From contig JAHLWZ010000830.1 in assembly GCA_020536535.1 (NCBI GenBank), positions 30,854 to 94,853 of the forward strand: a DNA stretch of 64,000 nucleotides. Reading direction: 5' to 3'. The translations under genes and the position numbers were made by a program. The notes under the pieces were generated by a model that was not told where the DNA came from, did no database searches, and worked only from the letters and a program-made list of their open reading frames with translations. The stretch's first letter is position 1; every line of letters starts with the position of its first letter. Shown here piece after piece: positions 37,692-51,132 of this stretch. Source of the stretch: Pelomyxa schiedti. Taxonomy: Eukaryota > Protista > Evosea.

Positions 37692-40311
37692 ATGTTACTC
37701 CTTTGTGTGGTTGTTGTACTGCTGTTGCTTACCTCGGTGTCACTGGGTGCTATGATGGACATGTGCGCACCCCCTCCGGCGCCGACTGGTCAAATATGCC
37801 CTCAGCCAATTACTTCTCTAAGACCTGACTACTCCAATCCCTTCTACGGTATATATGACAAGTCACATTCTTGCCTAATATCTTGTAGAACTGCCAATAC
37901 CAGTTGTTGCTAAACCTGTTTGCCGTGGAAGATATGAAATCTCGGTCGTGGAATGCTCCCAGCAAATTCACCTCGGTATAGTAAGATATAATCCACGTAC
38001 ACGTACTCACCAGATACAAGATTTACAGGGAAAGACTCCACTATTTTGCTATGACGGCCTTTACCCCGGACCAACAATCGAAGCAATTGTCGGAGAGAAG
38101 ATTGAAATACAAGTAAATCTCCGCATGAGCTGAATTTTTTTCCCCTTACGTTGAATGCAGTTCAATAACAAGCTTCCAATCAGTATTGTTCCTCTTCACA
38201 CGGCTGTTTTGAAATGACTCTTTCCCAGACCACATCTTACCTGTTGATGTTACTATTCATGGAGCCTGTGACGTGCCAGAAGTCAGGTACCGAGTGAAAG
38301 TTGTGTCTTTTTTACGACGAGTTTTGTTTGATCTTCCTAAGAATTATTACCCATCTTCATGGTGGCCATACCCTTCCTCAGTACGATGGCTATCCAGAAG
38401 GTATTCCTTTAAACACAATTAGTTGCCGTCTTATGCATCACAGATTGGTATCCCCATGGATATTCTAAGACCCACACATTCTACAAGTTGTGTTAACCAA
38501 TTTTGATTTTCTTCCCTGTTCTGACTCCCTCTAGCGATCAACCTCCAACCACTCTTTGGTATCATGATCATGCACTTGGTATCACACGCTTAAATGTATA
38601 TGCTGGCCTTGCCGCATTCTATATTTTGAGGGAAAGAAACGAACCCTCACTTCTCCTTCCACACCATCAATATGAAGTCCCCCTGGTTCGTATTTCCTAT
38701 TCAATAATTGGGTGTAGCTCAGCAACGTTCAGGTCATACAAGATAGATCCTTCTATGAAAGTGGGGTTTTGGTGGGTTTCTTCTGATACTTGTATTTTGA
38801 GTCTGACTCTGTGAAGTTCTATCCCTACGGACCAGTACCACCAGATGTCAATTGTCCATATACAACCACGGAAGGGACTACTATTTGGCCTTCTGGGGTA
38901 CCTGAGTTCTTTGGCAATACTATCCTTGTTAATGGGAAAGCCTGGCCTTTTATGAGTACGTGCATGTTTAACAGCACTTCTACCTCTTTTTTTTAAATGG
39001 AATTTTGTCAGATGTAGAGTCTCGTTTGTACCGCTTCAGACTTCTCAATGGTTGTGACTCTCGAAGGTAGTAAACTCTCTTCAACACAAACTCTCACTAA
39101 CAGGGGTAGTTTGATTTTAAAGCTCTCCTATGGCAATTCATATCTTCCCATCAATGTCATCGGAAGGTTTGATAGTCATATTTCTTGCCCAACTAAAACA
39201 CACTCAGTGATCAAGGGTTCTTAACCCACCCAGTTGCCGTTCAAGAACTGCTAATGGGCCCTTCTGAAAGGTTTGCTCTATCCAGTCATGTTTAGCTACT
39301 AATTCCTGTAGATATGATATATTGGTTGACTTTTCTGATCTCCCTGTCGGAAGCGAAATTCTGCTAAAAAATATAGGTACTGAAATTATTTCTAAATTCC
39401 CCTTATGCGTTACCAGGACCGGATGGGCCGTTGATGAAACTTGGTATCACATCTTCCTTTCATTATGTGACTTCCACAAAAAAAAAGATATGGTAGAGGC
39501 AGCTGATACAGCCACCACTGGCCAGGTTGTGCCAATTTGCATTATTCTCAGGGAAACTGAAATACACAAAGGTGATGCTGTTTAAAGTCACCGCCCCCGC
39601 GAAAGATTCTTCACGATCAAAAATACCAACGCAATTGGATTCTCCACCCATTCCAACTGCGGTAACAAACACCCGGCGTGTGGAGTTATTTGAGTCGCAG
39701 GACATGTATTTTGCTTCTCATGATGCCTTAACTGATCATCTTCATTAGGTATGGCCGACTTAAATTGATGCTTGGACCCGAAGGATCCCCCATGAATTGG
39801 GATGGTTATTTCCTCCCATTGGACTTACAAGCAAGTGACGTTTTCTAGATCCCATTACTGAAAACCCAGAGCTAGGCAGTGTCGAAAAGTGGCAAATCAT
39901 TAATACAACCCCAGACACTCATCCTATACATTTGCATCTCGTAAGGGTATGACACTACAGACTTTCCTTGATTTTAACTCGTTAAGTTCTTCATAACCGG
40001 ATTTACAACGTTGGACGGAACTCCACTTCCCCAGTTTCTTTTAGACCACCAACGAGGCCCCAAGGTGTGTAACACAACTCACGATTTCCCCAAAAATCCA
40101 ATTCCCATAGGATGTTGTGATGGTGCCTCCCCAGACAGTGGCCAGTGTTGTAGCACAGTTTGACATTCTGGGCAGATACGTCTGGCACTGCGTATGTTCA
40201 TGCTCAGGGTTTCTCCTATTTCTAAACAGCTTACAGCACATTTTGGAACATGAAGACAACGAAATGATGCGCCCCTTCGATGTAATTAAAGTGCCTGAGG
40301 AACTTCTATAG
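37692..40311 (+). CDS. Secreted multicopper oxidase, CotA/bilirubin oxidase/LPR1 type; many introns
   Basis: Signal peptide; YPGPTIEA; HLHGG (38352); WYHDHALGITRLNVYAGL (38558); PEFFGNTILVNGKAWP; HPIHLHL (39920); YVWHC|HILEHEDNEMMRPF. All four copper-binding motifs are present. Confidence 0.93.
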
Positions 40312-40525
40312 AAAGACCCCTTTTTTTCACAAATTCTATTCCACCCACCACAAACAAGTGGCTCTGCTGCACCTGTACTTGTTGTGAATCCAATTTTGAA
40401 ATGATGAACCTGTGCTGTGTTATAACATGTATTATTGTGGAAATAGGGAATTTACATAGTTTTCGCTTCGACCTTAACATTGTATTTGCGGAGCTTATAA
40501 AGAGAAAAAAAAAGAAAAATTCTCT

Positions 40526-43500
40526 TCAACCCCTTCCGGGAGTTCTTTTCATTTCTAGTTGGTGTTTTCGTTCCATACGACTCGCTCTGGGTGCAGAAGT
40601 GCCTGTGTTTGGTGCTGTAGAAGCGGTGGTACTTGATGGTGACATGCCAAGTAAGGACTGTGTTGGTGTTGGGGAGGACAACAGGTCCACCACAGAGGTT
40701 CTGTTTGTAGATGCGGATGTGGCTGTGAATGTTGATGTGGGCACTGTGGCCACTGGTGCTGCTTTGTCTTGGGTTACATCAAAGTCATCCCACCCACTCC
40801 CGCTCCAGTCATCACCGCCACCAATGTCAATTAGCGAGGTGGTTGCTGGTTTCGGTGGAGTGACTGTCGTAGTTGTTGCTGGAGGAGGGGTGTAGGTGTT
40901 TTTGGTTGTGCTGGTGCTGCTGTGTGCGGTTTGGTTTAGTATCATTGCACCGTACATTTCTGTCAGTGACTTGGGCGACGATATGGCTGCTGAATGAATT
41001 GGTGTAGCTTGGGTTGCTGGTTGTGGTTGCTGGCGTGTTGGCTGTGGTTGAGGCTGTGCTGGAGGTTGTGGTTGTGATTGCGGTTTTATTATTTGAGTCT
41101 GAAGGTTCTGTGGAGCTGATGGGGGCTTTGGAAGCGATACTGATTCAAAGTCATCAAACTCTTCATCTGTCAAATATGAAATGGAAAAATTGGACGTACA
41201 AGGCATACCCCACCCAGAATTCTGCAAAAAGTGTCAAAAAAGAAAAGAAATGAGGAAAATAAGAAAATAATACTTGGTCAGATGAAGAGGCAACGGGCTC
41301 TTCAGGCGGGATGTATCTCTGTGACCCAACAGGTGCTTTGGAGGGTGTGGTATCCAATTTTTGTGTTGAGGTGGATGTTGTTGATTGCGTGGCAGGTTGA
41401 TTTGAAGTTGGAGCACTGGTGCCTGAAGCAGCAGTACCACTCTCGGTTGCAGAGTACACAATCTGAACCAAATTAAATCCAGGTGATAATTCAAATGGAG
41501 GTCTTACTTTTTTGGAGAGGGACAAGGCCCAAGATAAAACACCGGAGCCATCAGTGGGCTCTGAAGTTGCATTAGATGCACCATTAGCCTTGCCCTCAAC
41601 CTTAATTTCTAAGTTTACTTCAAATTCAAGTGCAACATACATTTTGAGCCTCAAGGGCTTTTTGAAGTGCAGAGAGGAACAACGAGATGCATCGCATCGC
41701 TTCATCTCTCACCTTTCTGTATTTGTAATTATCTAGAAAAAAGGAAATTTTTTGCAGGTGGTTTTCACAAACTTTTCGTTGTCTACAAGTAAGGGAGAGA
41801 CGGCGGGAATAATGTGAGTTGCAATTTCATTTGGTGCATAGAAGTCTTTTGTAGCTGGAATTTCCCAAAGTAAGCCCAATATTGCAGGAAATTATAAAGG
41901 GAGTGTTATGACCTGAGAAGGCTGAAATCCCAGCCATTCGTGCTGGGGGGAAGGGATCGTGCAGTGGACGAGAAAATGCTGCAACAAGGACTTTTTTCCG
42001 TGTCTACATATAAGTAAATCCATGTTGAAAAACCAATTCCACGTGAGATACCGCCTCGGAGAGGTGTGAAGCAATTCTCCCAAGACATATTGTTGTATTT
42101 GTTCGAATACAAGGTTCCGGATCAAGCTGCAGTTTTGCAAAATATCGTAAAATTTCTGTGTTCACTGTGCGCTCTCCAAGCTGGAGAATTGAACACCTTT
42201 GTTAGAAATATCAGACAGGAAAATAGGTGGTACCTTGGGGACAAAGAAGAGCATTGCCCGGACAGTTGCTTCACGGAGGGCTGGTACAGGATCAAGAAAC
42301 CAAGTACTCTGTTTCGGCTGTCAATGAAAATAACTTTAGGAATAATACTTACCACTTGTGGGAAAATTTGATCACTGATCATCGTTGGAGATAAATGTTC
42401 AATGAAAGACTCCAAATTCTCAAGTAAATTTAGCCGCACAGTCCTGGAATTACGGATTAAAGGATGCAAATAAAACAACAGGAAATACTTGTCTGAAGAG
42501 GAAAACCACTTAACTACGTTTGGTGTGATCTGCAAAGGACTTGAAAAGTTGGAAAAGAGAGGAAAAAAATAACATTTAGAGAATACTCAGCCTGGGGTAG
42601 TCGTTTGGCAATTTTGAGAAGTGGGCCGAGAACCTTGGCTGTGACTGGGGTTTTGCATTAAGATCATTAAATGGGAAAATCAATCTAATTTAATTTTCAA
42701 CCTGGCCCGTAAAGTTGCAAATCAACAGCGTTCACCAGGTGAGGGAGAACTTTATAGAGGCAAACGTTGGTGGGTAAGTCGTCGACTGTTTTCATTAGTT
42801 TTCTATCAATAATCAGACTTGAGCCAAGTGAAGGAAATGGGTGTACTTGAAAAATGCTTCTCTCTCAGAGGGGTCTTTTAGGGTGATGCCCTCAATGAAC
42901 TGGAGTGTCTCGATATAGGGATTGGAAAAGAATTCGCTTTCCAAAAGCTTGATGGGTCTCAAACGCATTTTGTTGTGGTTGCAGCACAACAAAGCATGAG
43001 GATCAGCCAGGGCCTTTTTTCACTGATAAATGTTTACGAACTCTGAGTTCATTGAAAATGAACTGTGTAGTATGTATGTAATAGAAGAATGGGAATTACA
43101 GGTGGGATTCTTCCAGAAAAAATTGAAGTGATCATGAGGGCTGCAAGTCGTGAGATAAAGGCTACCACTAATAACAAGGAAGATACCTAACATCCACCCA
43201 TCAATGGACCAGGGATAGCCTTGCTTGATTTCGTCAATGTTGTTAATTTCTGGTGGTCGAGGTTCTGATATCTTAAATTGTTTAATGGGATTTGGGTTTC
43301 AGTGACATACCTTCTCAAAAGTGGCAGCAGTTACACCGTCAAGCTCAGTGACATATTCTAGTCCACCAAGTTTCCAATCTCCCGATTTAGTAACAAATAT
43401 TGAGTCTATTCTAACATTGGCGTGCACTAATCTCGATTCATGCAAGAAATCTAGAGCTTTCTAAAGACGGCAAAGGGAACGGACATACAGCTAGATTAGC

Positions 43501-44171
43501 AAAAAAAAAAAATATTAAATAAAAAAGGGGGAATCCTACGATAATTTGCGCCAATCCCCAGGCAATGGAATCCGGGAACTTCAGAATCTCAGGCAATGCA
43601 ACTTCAAGAGGTACTACCTAACACACAAACATTGTTATAAGCACTCAATATTAGTATTTATAATATTAATCAATAAGATGTTGTTTGTGAGAGTGTATTT
43701 TCCACACGGTGCTGTGATGGTAAATGGGAACAAACCGCTTCAGTTGCCAGAGAGATGCTCCCAGAAGCTTCACTACTGTCAACGTGTGTGAGCACACAGG
43801 GATGCCTCAGAACCCTGCATCGTTTCAGGGCGTTCCGCGCCAGTGCCTCGCTGCGTGGCGTGTTGTGCTTGCGCCCATCAAAAACAAACACTGATGCCTG
43901 ACTCCCATCATCCTATGAGAAAAGAGGGAGCCACAGAAAAACGGCCAGCACAAGATGGAAACATGGGGTGTTAGTACATATAACAACGCACGGAACGTTC
44001 CGGGGCATTGGTGCGCGCTTTTTTGCGTAGATCTCGACGTAAGAGTAGTACCTTGCGTGACGCGCGGAACAACGACCACACAGACTTGCCCTCATACTGT
44101 GGGACAGATTCAAACAAATTGTAGTTGAACGCAGACTGTGAACCACCCCACAACTTCGTCAGGAACTGCAT
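40526..44171 (-). CDS. SCYL1: SCY1-like pseudokinase with HEAT repeats (SCYL1/NTKL)
   Basis: ARNALKRCRVLRHP, FLHESRLVHANVRIDSIFVTKSGDWKLGG, HEAT region (VRLNLLENLESFIEHL..DQIFPQV), low-complexity tail with GWDDFD. Confidence 0.88.
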
Positions 44172-44484
44172 TATTTTACAGTTTTTAGTCTGGGTTGTGA
44201 TGAGATTCGAAGAAAACACGTTGAGCAAGTTTGTTTTGTTGAGATGGAGGCAGACACGTTGCGGGTTGTCTTTTCGTTTTTGAAGTGCAGGGACTTAATG
44301 ACTGCCTGCTTTGTGTGCAAAAAGGTCCGTCTCTTCTTCTCCCCAGCAACTTCTGCTTCTTCTTTTTTTTTTTTTTTTGAAGCTTTCAGTTGCGCGTAGA
44401 CGTATTAGTGGCATCAAATGTGAAATGTGAGAACACACCATAGTAACACTTCTGACACATCAGTGGAGAAATGTTGTCAAAGCA

Positions 44485-45652
44485 ATGCACACAGGACCAC
44501 TTGTGCCATGTGTGTGCTGTCCATGTCCCTCATTGACCTCTCTTGGAGCCCTGCTGTCCAAGATGAGGAGCCACACGTTTTATCACTTCACATATCAGTG
44601 GAATGCAACAAGGGTTCCAGTGACTGAAGAGGAGATGCACGGGCATGTGTGCTGTTGCAGTGCGGAGGTGATGCCGACAGAATGGTTTGTTGCTCAACAT
44701 GCTCCAGAGAAACTTGTGTGTGACAAACTCAAATCAAGAAAGAGAACCTTCTTCAGCCTTCCTGGGAAACCGCACTTCGAGTTCAGGTTAGAACCTGAAC
44801 TACTTGCGGTGCTTGTTGCCAACCAACTAGTTTAATGATATTCTTTAGGATTGTGTCAGTTGGTTTGGATGCCGCCGGCAGAACAACAAGCTTGTATCTC
44901 TTGAAGGTGAACACGAAACTTCAGATTTTTTTTTTGCTAATTGATAGCTTCATGAATTTGTTAGCACCATTCCTACTGTGGGATTCAACGTTGAAACTAT
45001 TCCTTGGAGAATCGGGAAAAACAAATGTGAACTGGTGATTTGGGGTATCAGTTCCCCTTTGCCAATTCATGTTATCAAACGACCAAAATAGAAGTAGGAG
45101 GACAAGAGAAAATTCGTGCAATATGGAAACATTATATTCCCTGTGATGGAGTTATATTCACTGTTTCGAGCTGTGAATTGGAAAGGTACGAATTACCCTA
45201 CACCCTAGTTTGAGTTGTGAACAAGGATTGCACAGAATTTTTGAAGCTCGAGATGCACTACACAACTTTGTGCAACTTGTCGCAGCAAAACGTGTTGCTC
45301 CGGTCTTGATTTTTGGTACCAAAATCCTTCCTCCTCCCCAATTCTCACTCAACTTTGATTCGACATTTAATAAATAAACTGTGCAGCATCGAAGCAGGAC
45401 CTCCCAATTTGCATGACAGTACCCGAAATTGCAGTTGCGCTGGATATGCATGCACTGACCTGTTCTGCATGGAGGGTTCAAGGGTACTCACGCACGACTG
45501 TTGATGGCACTCTCCAGCAACTTTCACGCGGCATTGATTGGCTTGTGCGGCAACTTGTGATGCAGGCTGTGGACTCAAAATGGGGAAAAGTCAACATCAA
45601 CAAAGGAACTTCAACAATCCCTTTCCCACATGAACCCGACGAGGCTGAATAA
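44485..45652 (+). CDS. Divergent Arf/Arl-family small GTPase with N-terminal Cys/His-rich extension
   Basis: VGLDAAGRTT, IPTVGFNVETI, W|EVGGQEKIRAIWKHY, LIF|ASKQDL, CSA, GIDWL. Confidence 0.8.
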
Positions 45653-47115
45653 TAATTTTGGGTCTTCGGATATGTCATGTGATGCGCCTCATGGGCTGGC
45701 AAGTACTAGGTGGATTCCTAGTACTTGGATATCGTAAATGGGAGGGGTGTTTTTCTGTTATGTCAAGGATTTCGTAGGTATTCGAATCCACTTGGTATCA
45801 AATTGCGTTTTTTGAGGTATTCATTTGCGCTTTTCTAGTGACTTGTATGTTAACACGTGGTGACAAAAACAGGAATAATTGTACTTTAGTTACGGGGAGA
45901 AAGAAAAACCGCAAACAGGGAAAAAACACGCGTTGTTAAGGCTGGTTTGGTTTTAGTCTCTAGTCGTGTTTTTTTGTCTTTTACCTGTGCGAGATATTGT
46001 TGCAACTCCGGCAGAGGCTAACCAACTCACACATTTTTTGCAACTCCAGCAGTCACATAATTAAACCAGGCACAAATGGATCTGGCTGGATGTGGTGGCG
46101 ATGATGTGACGTGGGGGGTGGTGTGGTGCGGTTGTTGCTGTCGCTGTTGCGACGCACACAGTCCAACGGCGTGAGATCGTTCGCGGTGGTTGCGTAACTG
46201 ATTACGCCATTGGCTGGTTGTGGTGTTGGACATTGTTGAGCGTGGAGATCCGCCGTGGGTTTTGGTTGGCGACGAGGCTGCAGCTGCCGAAGTGCGGATT
46301 TGTTTGTTTATTTCGGCACTCGTCACAGTTGTGGCCGTGGGATCGCGTGTCTTGGGGAATTGACATTCCAACATGACTGTATTGCTGCGACGGAGTTGAG
46401 TCACATGAGTGGAGGAAATATGCCAGTATCGTGGGGCTGTGTGCATTTTTCCATGCTGTTGGAATTCTCCATGGTAATCTCTCTTGCACGTCTCATTCTT
46501 TTATGGTCACTTTGTTGGCAGTTGTGTTGGTGACCTTGAGCACATCCGCTGTCGATACATCCAACCGAAACCGTTTTTGATGATTGAACGAACTAATCAG
46601 AAAAACATCACACAGAACAACAGGATAAAATCCCAACTTGGATGAAGTCCCATCTGATGTGATCACACCAGGCCATCATCAACTGAGGGGACCAGAATTC
46701 CGCGAGTACCTACCACTACCACCGCAAGAAAAACATCATCGACGGTATTATGCCCATACTTTTGGCAATGAGAATAATACGTAGTATAATAGGCGAGAAC
46801 TCTTGTGAGTGGCCATCATTGTGTGCATTGAGACAGGAGGTTTTGCAGTGCCATCTCTTGTCCTTTGCACAAAAAAAATTCATTTCCACCAGAAAAGCTC
46901 CTCTCCGGAGACAAATGTGTGCCTGTAGAACACTAACTAATATAGGAGGGGATAATTTTGGGTATTCAAGCTGCTGCGTTTTATCTTGGCAGCAAAGATT
47001 CCCCCTTTTTTGAGTGAAAAAAAAATCACTGCAGAAGTGACTGTGTAAAAGCTATTGAAAGTGAATGTGTGGAGGTGTGTTTGTCTCTGCACAGCACTAT
47101 TGGCATCAGACTTGC

Positions 47116-50100
47116 TCAGAATCTGGGTCTTTTATGTGGTGGGTTCATGGGTCGGCCTCTCCCTCTGGCTCCTCCTCTTGCTGACATTGGTCTATTATTG
47201 GGTGTGTGCAGTGCTGTTTTTGGCTTCTTCGCAGGAGCTGCTGGATTGGTTTCGGAAGAGAATTCTGATGCAAAATCGCTTGCTTTGGCTCCGAATGCTT
47301 GAATTGTTGGTTTGTGTGGTCTGTAGATTTTTCCGCCACTGCCCTTGGTGCCGGGTCTACTCACCTGGGAAATGAATGGAGGATAAGCTTATTGAGTGGA
47401 TTAGTTTTGTTGTGTTTTGTGTTGTGTTACCGCATCAGTTGGGGACTCCCGCAGCCCGAAGCTTTTGGCCACATGCCCAAGGTGAAGGTTTCTTACGGAA
47501 AATATTGTCCTACTTTCTCCGCTATGTGTGGAGTAAGCTCCCAGGAATGACTTGTAGGCTTCCTTGCCAAGTTCGTGCAACTGATTTCAATCAGATGACG
47601 TTTTGGTAAATGTACTGACGGGAAGGAACATACTGCCTCGTGAGAATTGACAAGTTCCTCGATGTTTCGTTGTGTTTCCCACTCTAGGTAATGTAAAAAA
47701 AGTTATAAAATTCCAATGACAAGAAGGACAACTGACTGGGGTCATTGCGTGGGTTGAGTCTTGGCATCTGCCTTGCTAAATCGTTGGGGTATATTTCGTG
47801 GAGATTGATCTTGGTGGTGAAGGTAAATCAAGCTTAGACGGAAACTTATACGATACCCCCATCTGTGTCAGTGGTTGAGTGTAGACTCTTTCCTGGAAGA
47901 GAAGGAAGAGCAATGCGTCACCACTGTTGCCGATTCTAGCAGTACGACCAACTCGATGAACATATTCATCCGTGTCACCTGGAGGATCGTATTGGCATAT
48001 CCAATGAATTCCTGGCAGATCTATCCCTCGGGAAGCTGCATGAAACCGAGAATATAGTTAGAACTGGCACTTACGTGAAAGAAGAAGAGGAAACACACCA
48101 ACATCAGTGCAGAGGATGACTGCCGAGGAGCAAGTTTTAAATTTGGCAAAGCTTTCAGCTCTCTCAATTTGACTGAGGTCACCATGAAGTTTGAATATGG
48201 GGCTTGTAATTAAACGCTCCTGTGTTGCTGTTGAATAAACTGAATTAGCACAATGAATGTGGTCCATTTGGGTACGTACACGGAAAAAGTAAGTGAGAGA
48301 ATAGTACATAATGAAATTCCACTGAGTCAATTGTGGAAAAGAAAATTATAACTTTTTCACTGTGAGCAACAGTTAGCTAACAAGTGGTTTGGTGGTTGAT
48401 ATAAACCTTCTGTGACAGTATAGGAATGCAGTGAGAATGGCCAATCGTTCCTTTGTATCACACTAACAAACATTACTTGTATTAAGTGTAGTCATCATAT
48501 GCATACCACAAGGTAATGGTTGTTTAATGTTTCGGGCAGAGCGATAGTTTCTTCTTTCTCATCCTGAAGAGATCCTTCTCCTGCTTCAGTAATGAACATG
48601 GGATCATGGAGACTCATATACGCCAGTCTTTGGACCTGAAGTTTACCAGTTAAAATGAAATGAAACTCAAAAGACGAAAGAGACTTTTTTCCCAAGAGTT
48701 GCAGACGCAAGAACGGTCTGGCGGGGTTCTCTTGCTTGCTTTTCCAGTGCTGAGATTATTTGCATTATAGACTTCTCAAAGCCCATATCAAGTAATCTGA
48801 GATTGTTAATACTACTTCCAGAAATGTTTATGTACCTGTCAGCTTCATCAAGTGCAAGCCAGTGCACACGATCTAGCTTCAACGCTTTTGTTGTATTAAT
48901 GTGGTCAATAAGTCGGCCTAAATTATGGATGTAAGACAAAAATCGAAAAAAAAGGATAGATGAGGAAATAAACCCGGTGTTGCAATTAATATGTTGACTC
49001 CTTTGAAGAGTTAGAGAAGAAGAAACGAGGAAAGAGTTGAAGTTACCTTTGCGTAAGGACGCTTTTTCACTCTTTTTCTTCTGCCCACCAGTAAGTACCC
49101 CAGGAATAATACTGTGGGGGAAAAAAAGTCAATTTCATGAAAATACAATGCATATCTAAAACTGACTTGATAAATGCGTGCAATGTCTGTTGAACAACGC
49201 CATATGTCTGTAAAGTTAGTTCCCGAGTGGGTGTCAGGAAGATGGCTGCAGTTGAAGTCAAAGTTGGAAGGTGAACTGAGTGTTGTACCATATAAGCCAT
49301 CTGCTCGAGAAACGGGTTCAGGGTAACTGCCAAGCATTTGAACAATGGGTACGACGTAGGCAAGTGTCTTTCCCGAGCCAGTCTCTGCCTTGATTAAGCT
49401 TTTATAAAGCTACATCAGATCTTATGTTAGATATAGGTTTTGAGTGTTATACATACACATCTCGTTTGCTCAACATAGCAGGTATTGCATGTTGCTGGAT
49501 TTTGGTCATCCGGGTTGCATTAAGTTTATCTCAACTTGAGTTCAGCAAAGAATATGAAAAAAAAAAAACAGCAAAAAACGTGACTCTTACCTTGCAGTAT
49601 GCCAACAAGGTAAGAGTTAAGACTGAGCTCAGCAAATGTCATAGTGGAAAACACCTTGCTCTCAGTGTTGCTAGAAGTGGCACTGGGAGGAGGTGGAGGT
49701 GGATTGGTGTCAAAGTGGAGATCAATTTCAGGATTGGTACGACTAGTAGTCATAGGACTACTTTTGACAGGAGGCTCAGAGACTTTATTTGCACCAAACG
49801 AGAAGGAAAAGCCAACACTTGGTGGAACTGAAGAACCACCAACAGTCACAGGTTTTGAAGGTAACCCGTATTTCTCGCGAGCCGAAACGGCTGCCTTTTT
49901 CTCTGCAGGTTTGAGCACGAGCCCCTTTGCAGTTGCCTTCTCAACCTTGACTCTGTTGTTTTCATCATACTCCTCCCCCTCCCCATTCTCATTCTCATTT
50001 TCATTTTCATTTTCATTTTCATTTTCATCGTCATTCTCGTCCTCTTCCTCCTCCTCGTCCTCGTCCCCTTCCTCGTTCTCATTCTCATTCTCATCGTCGT

Positions 50101-50770
50101 CGTCATCGTCATTCTCGTCTTCATCCTCTTCATCTTCCTCGTCCTCGGCAGGCTTGGGCACCGGTGGGGGCGGTTCCACCCGAACCGGAGGTCGCCAAGC
50201 CGCGGGCGTCCGCGTAGGCACAGGCGCAGGGGCGGCAACAGCAGGTGCGGGTGTTGTTGTCTTTGGCGTCGGCTTCTTAGGCGGAGGCGGAGGCGGCGGC
50301 CTCTGCGTGGTACTCGGCATCGGCTTAGCAGGGGGTGCCAGTGGCGGGGGCGCGGCGCGGAGCTGCGGCCGCCAAGGCGCCGAAGCCGACCACTGTGGCG
50401 ACGGCCGGGGGGGCTGCCGCTGCCAGGCCGCCGGCTGCGTCGACACAGGAGGCGGCGGCGGCGGCGGGGGTGTCCGTGCTTGTCCTCGTTGTTGCCAAGG
50501 TGTTGGGGTCGGGGTAAACTGAGGTCGGGGCGGTCCCCGTAATGGCGGGGGAGGCGGCGGCCGCGCGGGAGCTGTGGGTGGGGCCGCTGCTGTAGCTGGT
50601 GTTGGTGCCTTGGCAGCAGCGAGGGCGGGCTTCGGCTCGGATGGGGCGGTTGTGTTGCTGTCGTCGTCGTCGCTGCCTTGGTCGGGGTAGAAGGAGAATT
50701 TGTCGTCCTCGTCGAAACGTTTCCTCCTTTTCCTATTCGCGCGCTCGCCGTCGGCACTGCCCTTGCCCAT
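47116..50770 (-). CDS. DDX31: DEAD-box RNA helicase DDX31/Dbp7 with Pro-rich and acidic N-terminus
   Basis: TFAELSL Q-motif, [77 protein letters not shown]. Confidence 0.9.
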
Positions 50771-51132
50771 CGCCAATCGGTAATTAAACGAAATGCAACT
50801 GCCAGTAGATCGGTCGGCTTGAGTGAGAGCTCCTGCGGCTGATCCCTCGACTTGAACATGAAGCAACATTATTCTTTGTGTGGCTAATCCCACTCTTCCT
50901 CTGAGGGTCCCCTGTAATCCCGGAGTTAACCCCTTCCTTCAGTGAGAAAATCTCAAGCGAAATTGACCCCTTGATGAGCGACAGCAACACACATGCACCC
51001 TGCGGTTGGTGATTTTTTTCCCCCCTCTCATACGTGAGCTTCTGAAGCACCGCAGACGACCAGGAGGAGGAATCCACGGCACTTGGCATCATTCGGATTT
51101 TCTCTGAGGAGTCGTACGCCCAGGCCCACAGC

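Noticed and set aside
45950-47050. Possible small membrane-protein gene between the Arf-like gene and DDX31
   Set aside because: Hydrophobic fragments and splice-like signals exist, but I could not build a consistent open gene model.
49644-50859. Long overlapping ORFs at the 5' end of DDX31
   Set aside because: By-products of a GC-rich, low-complexity first exon.
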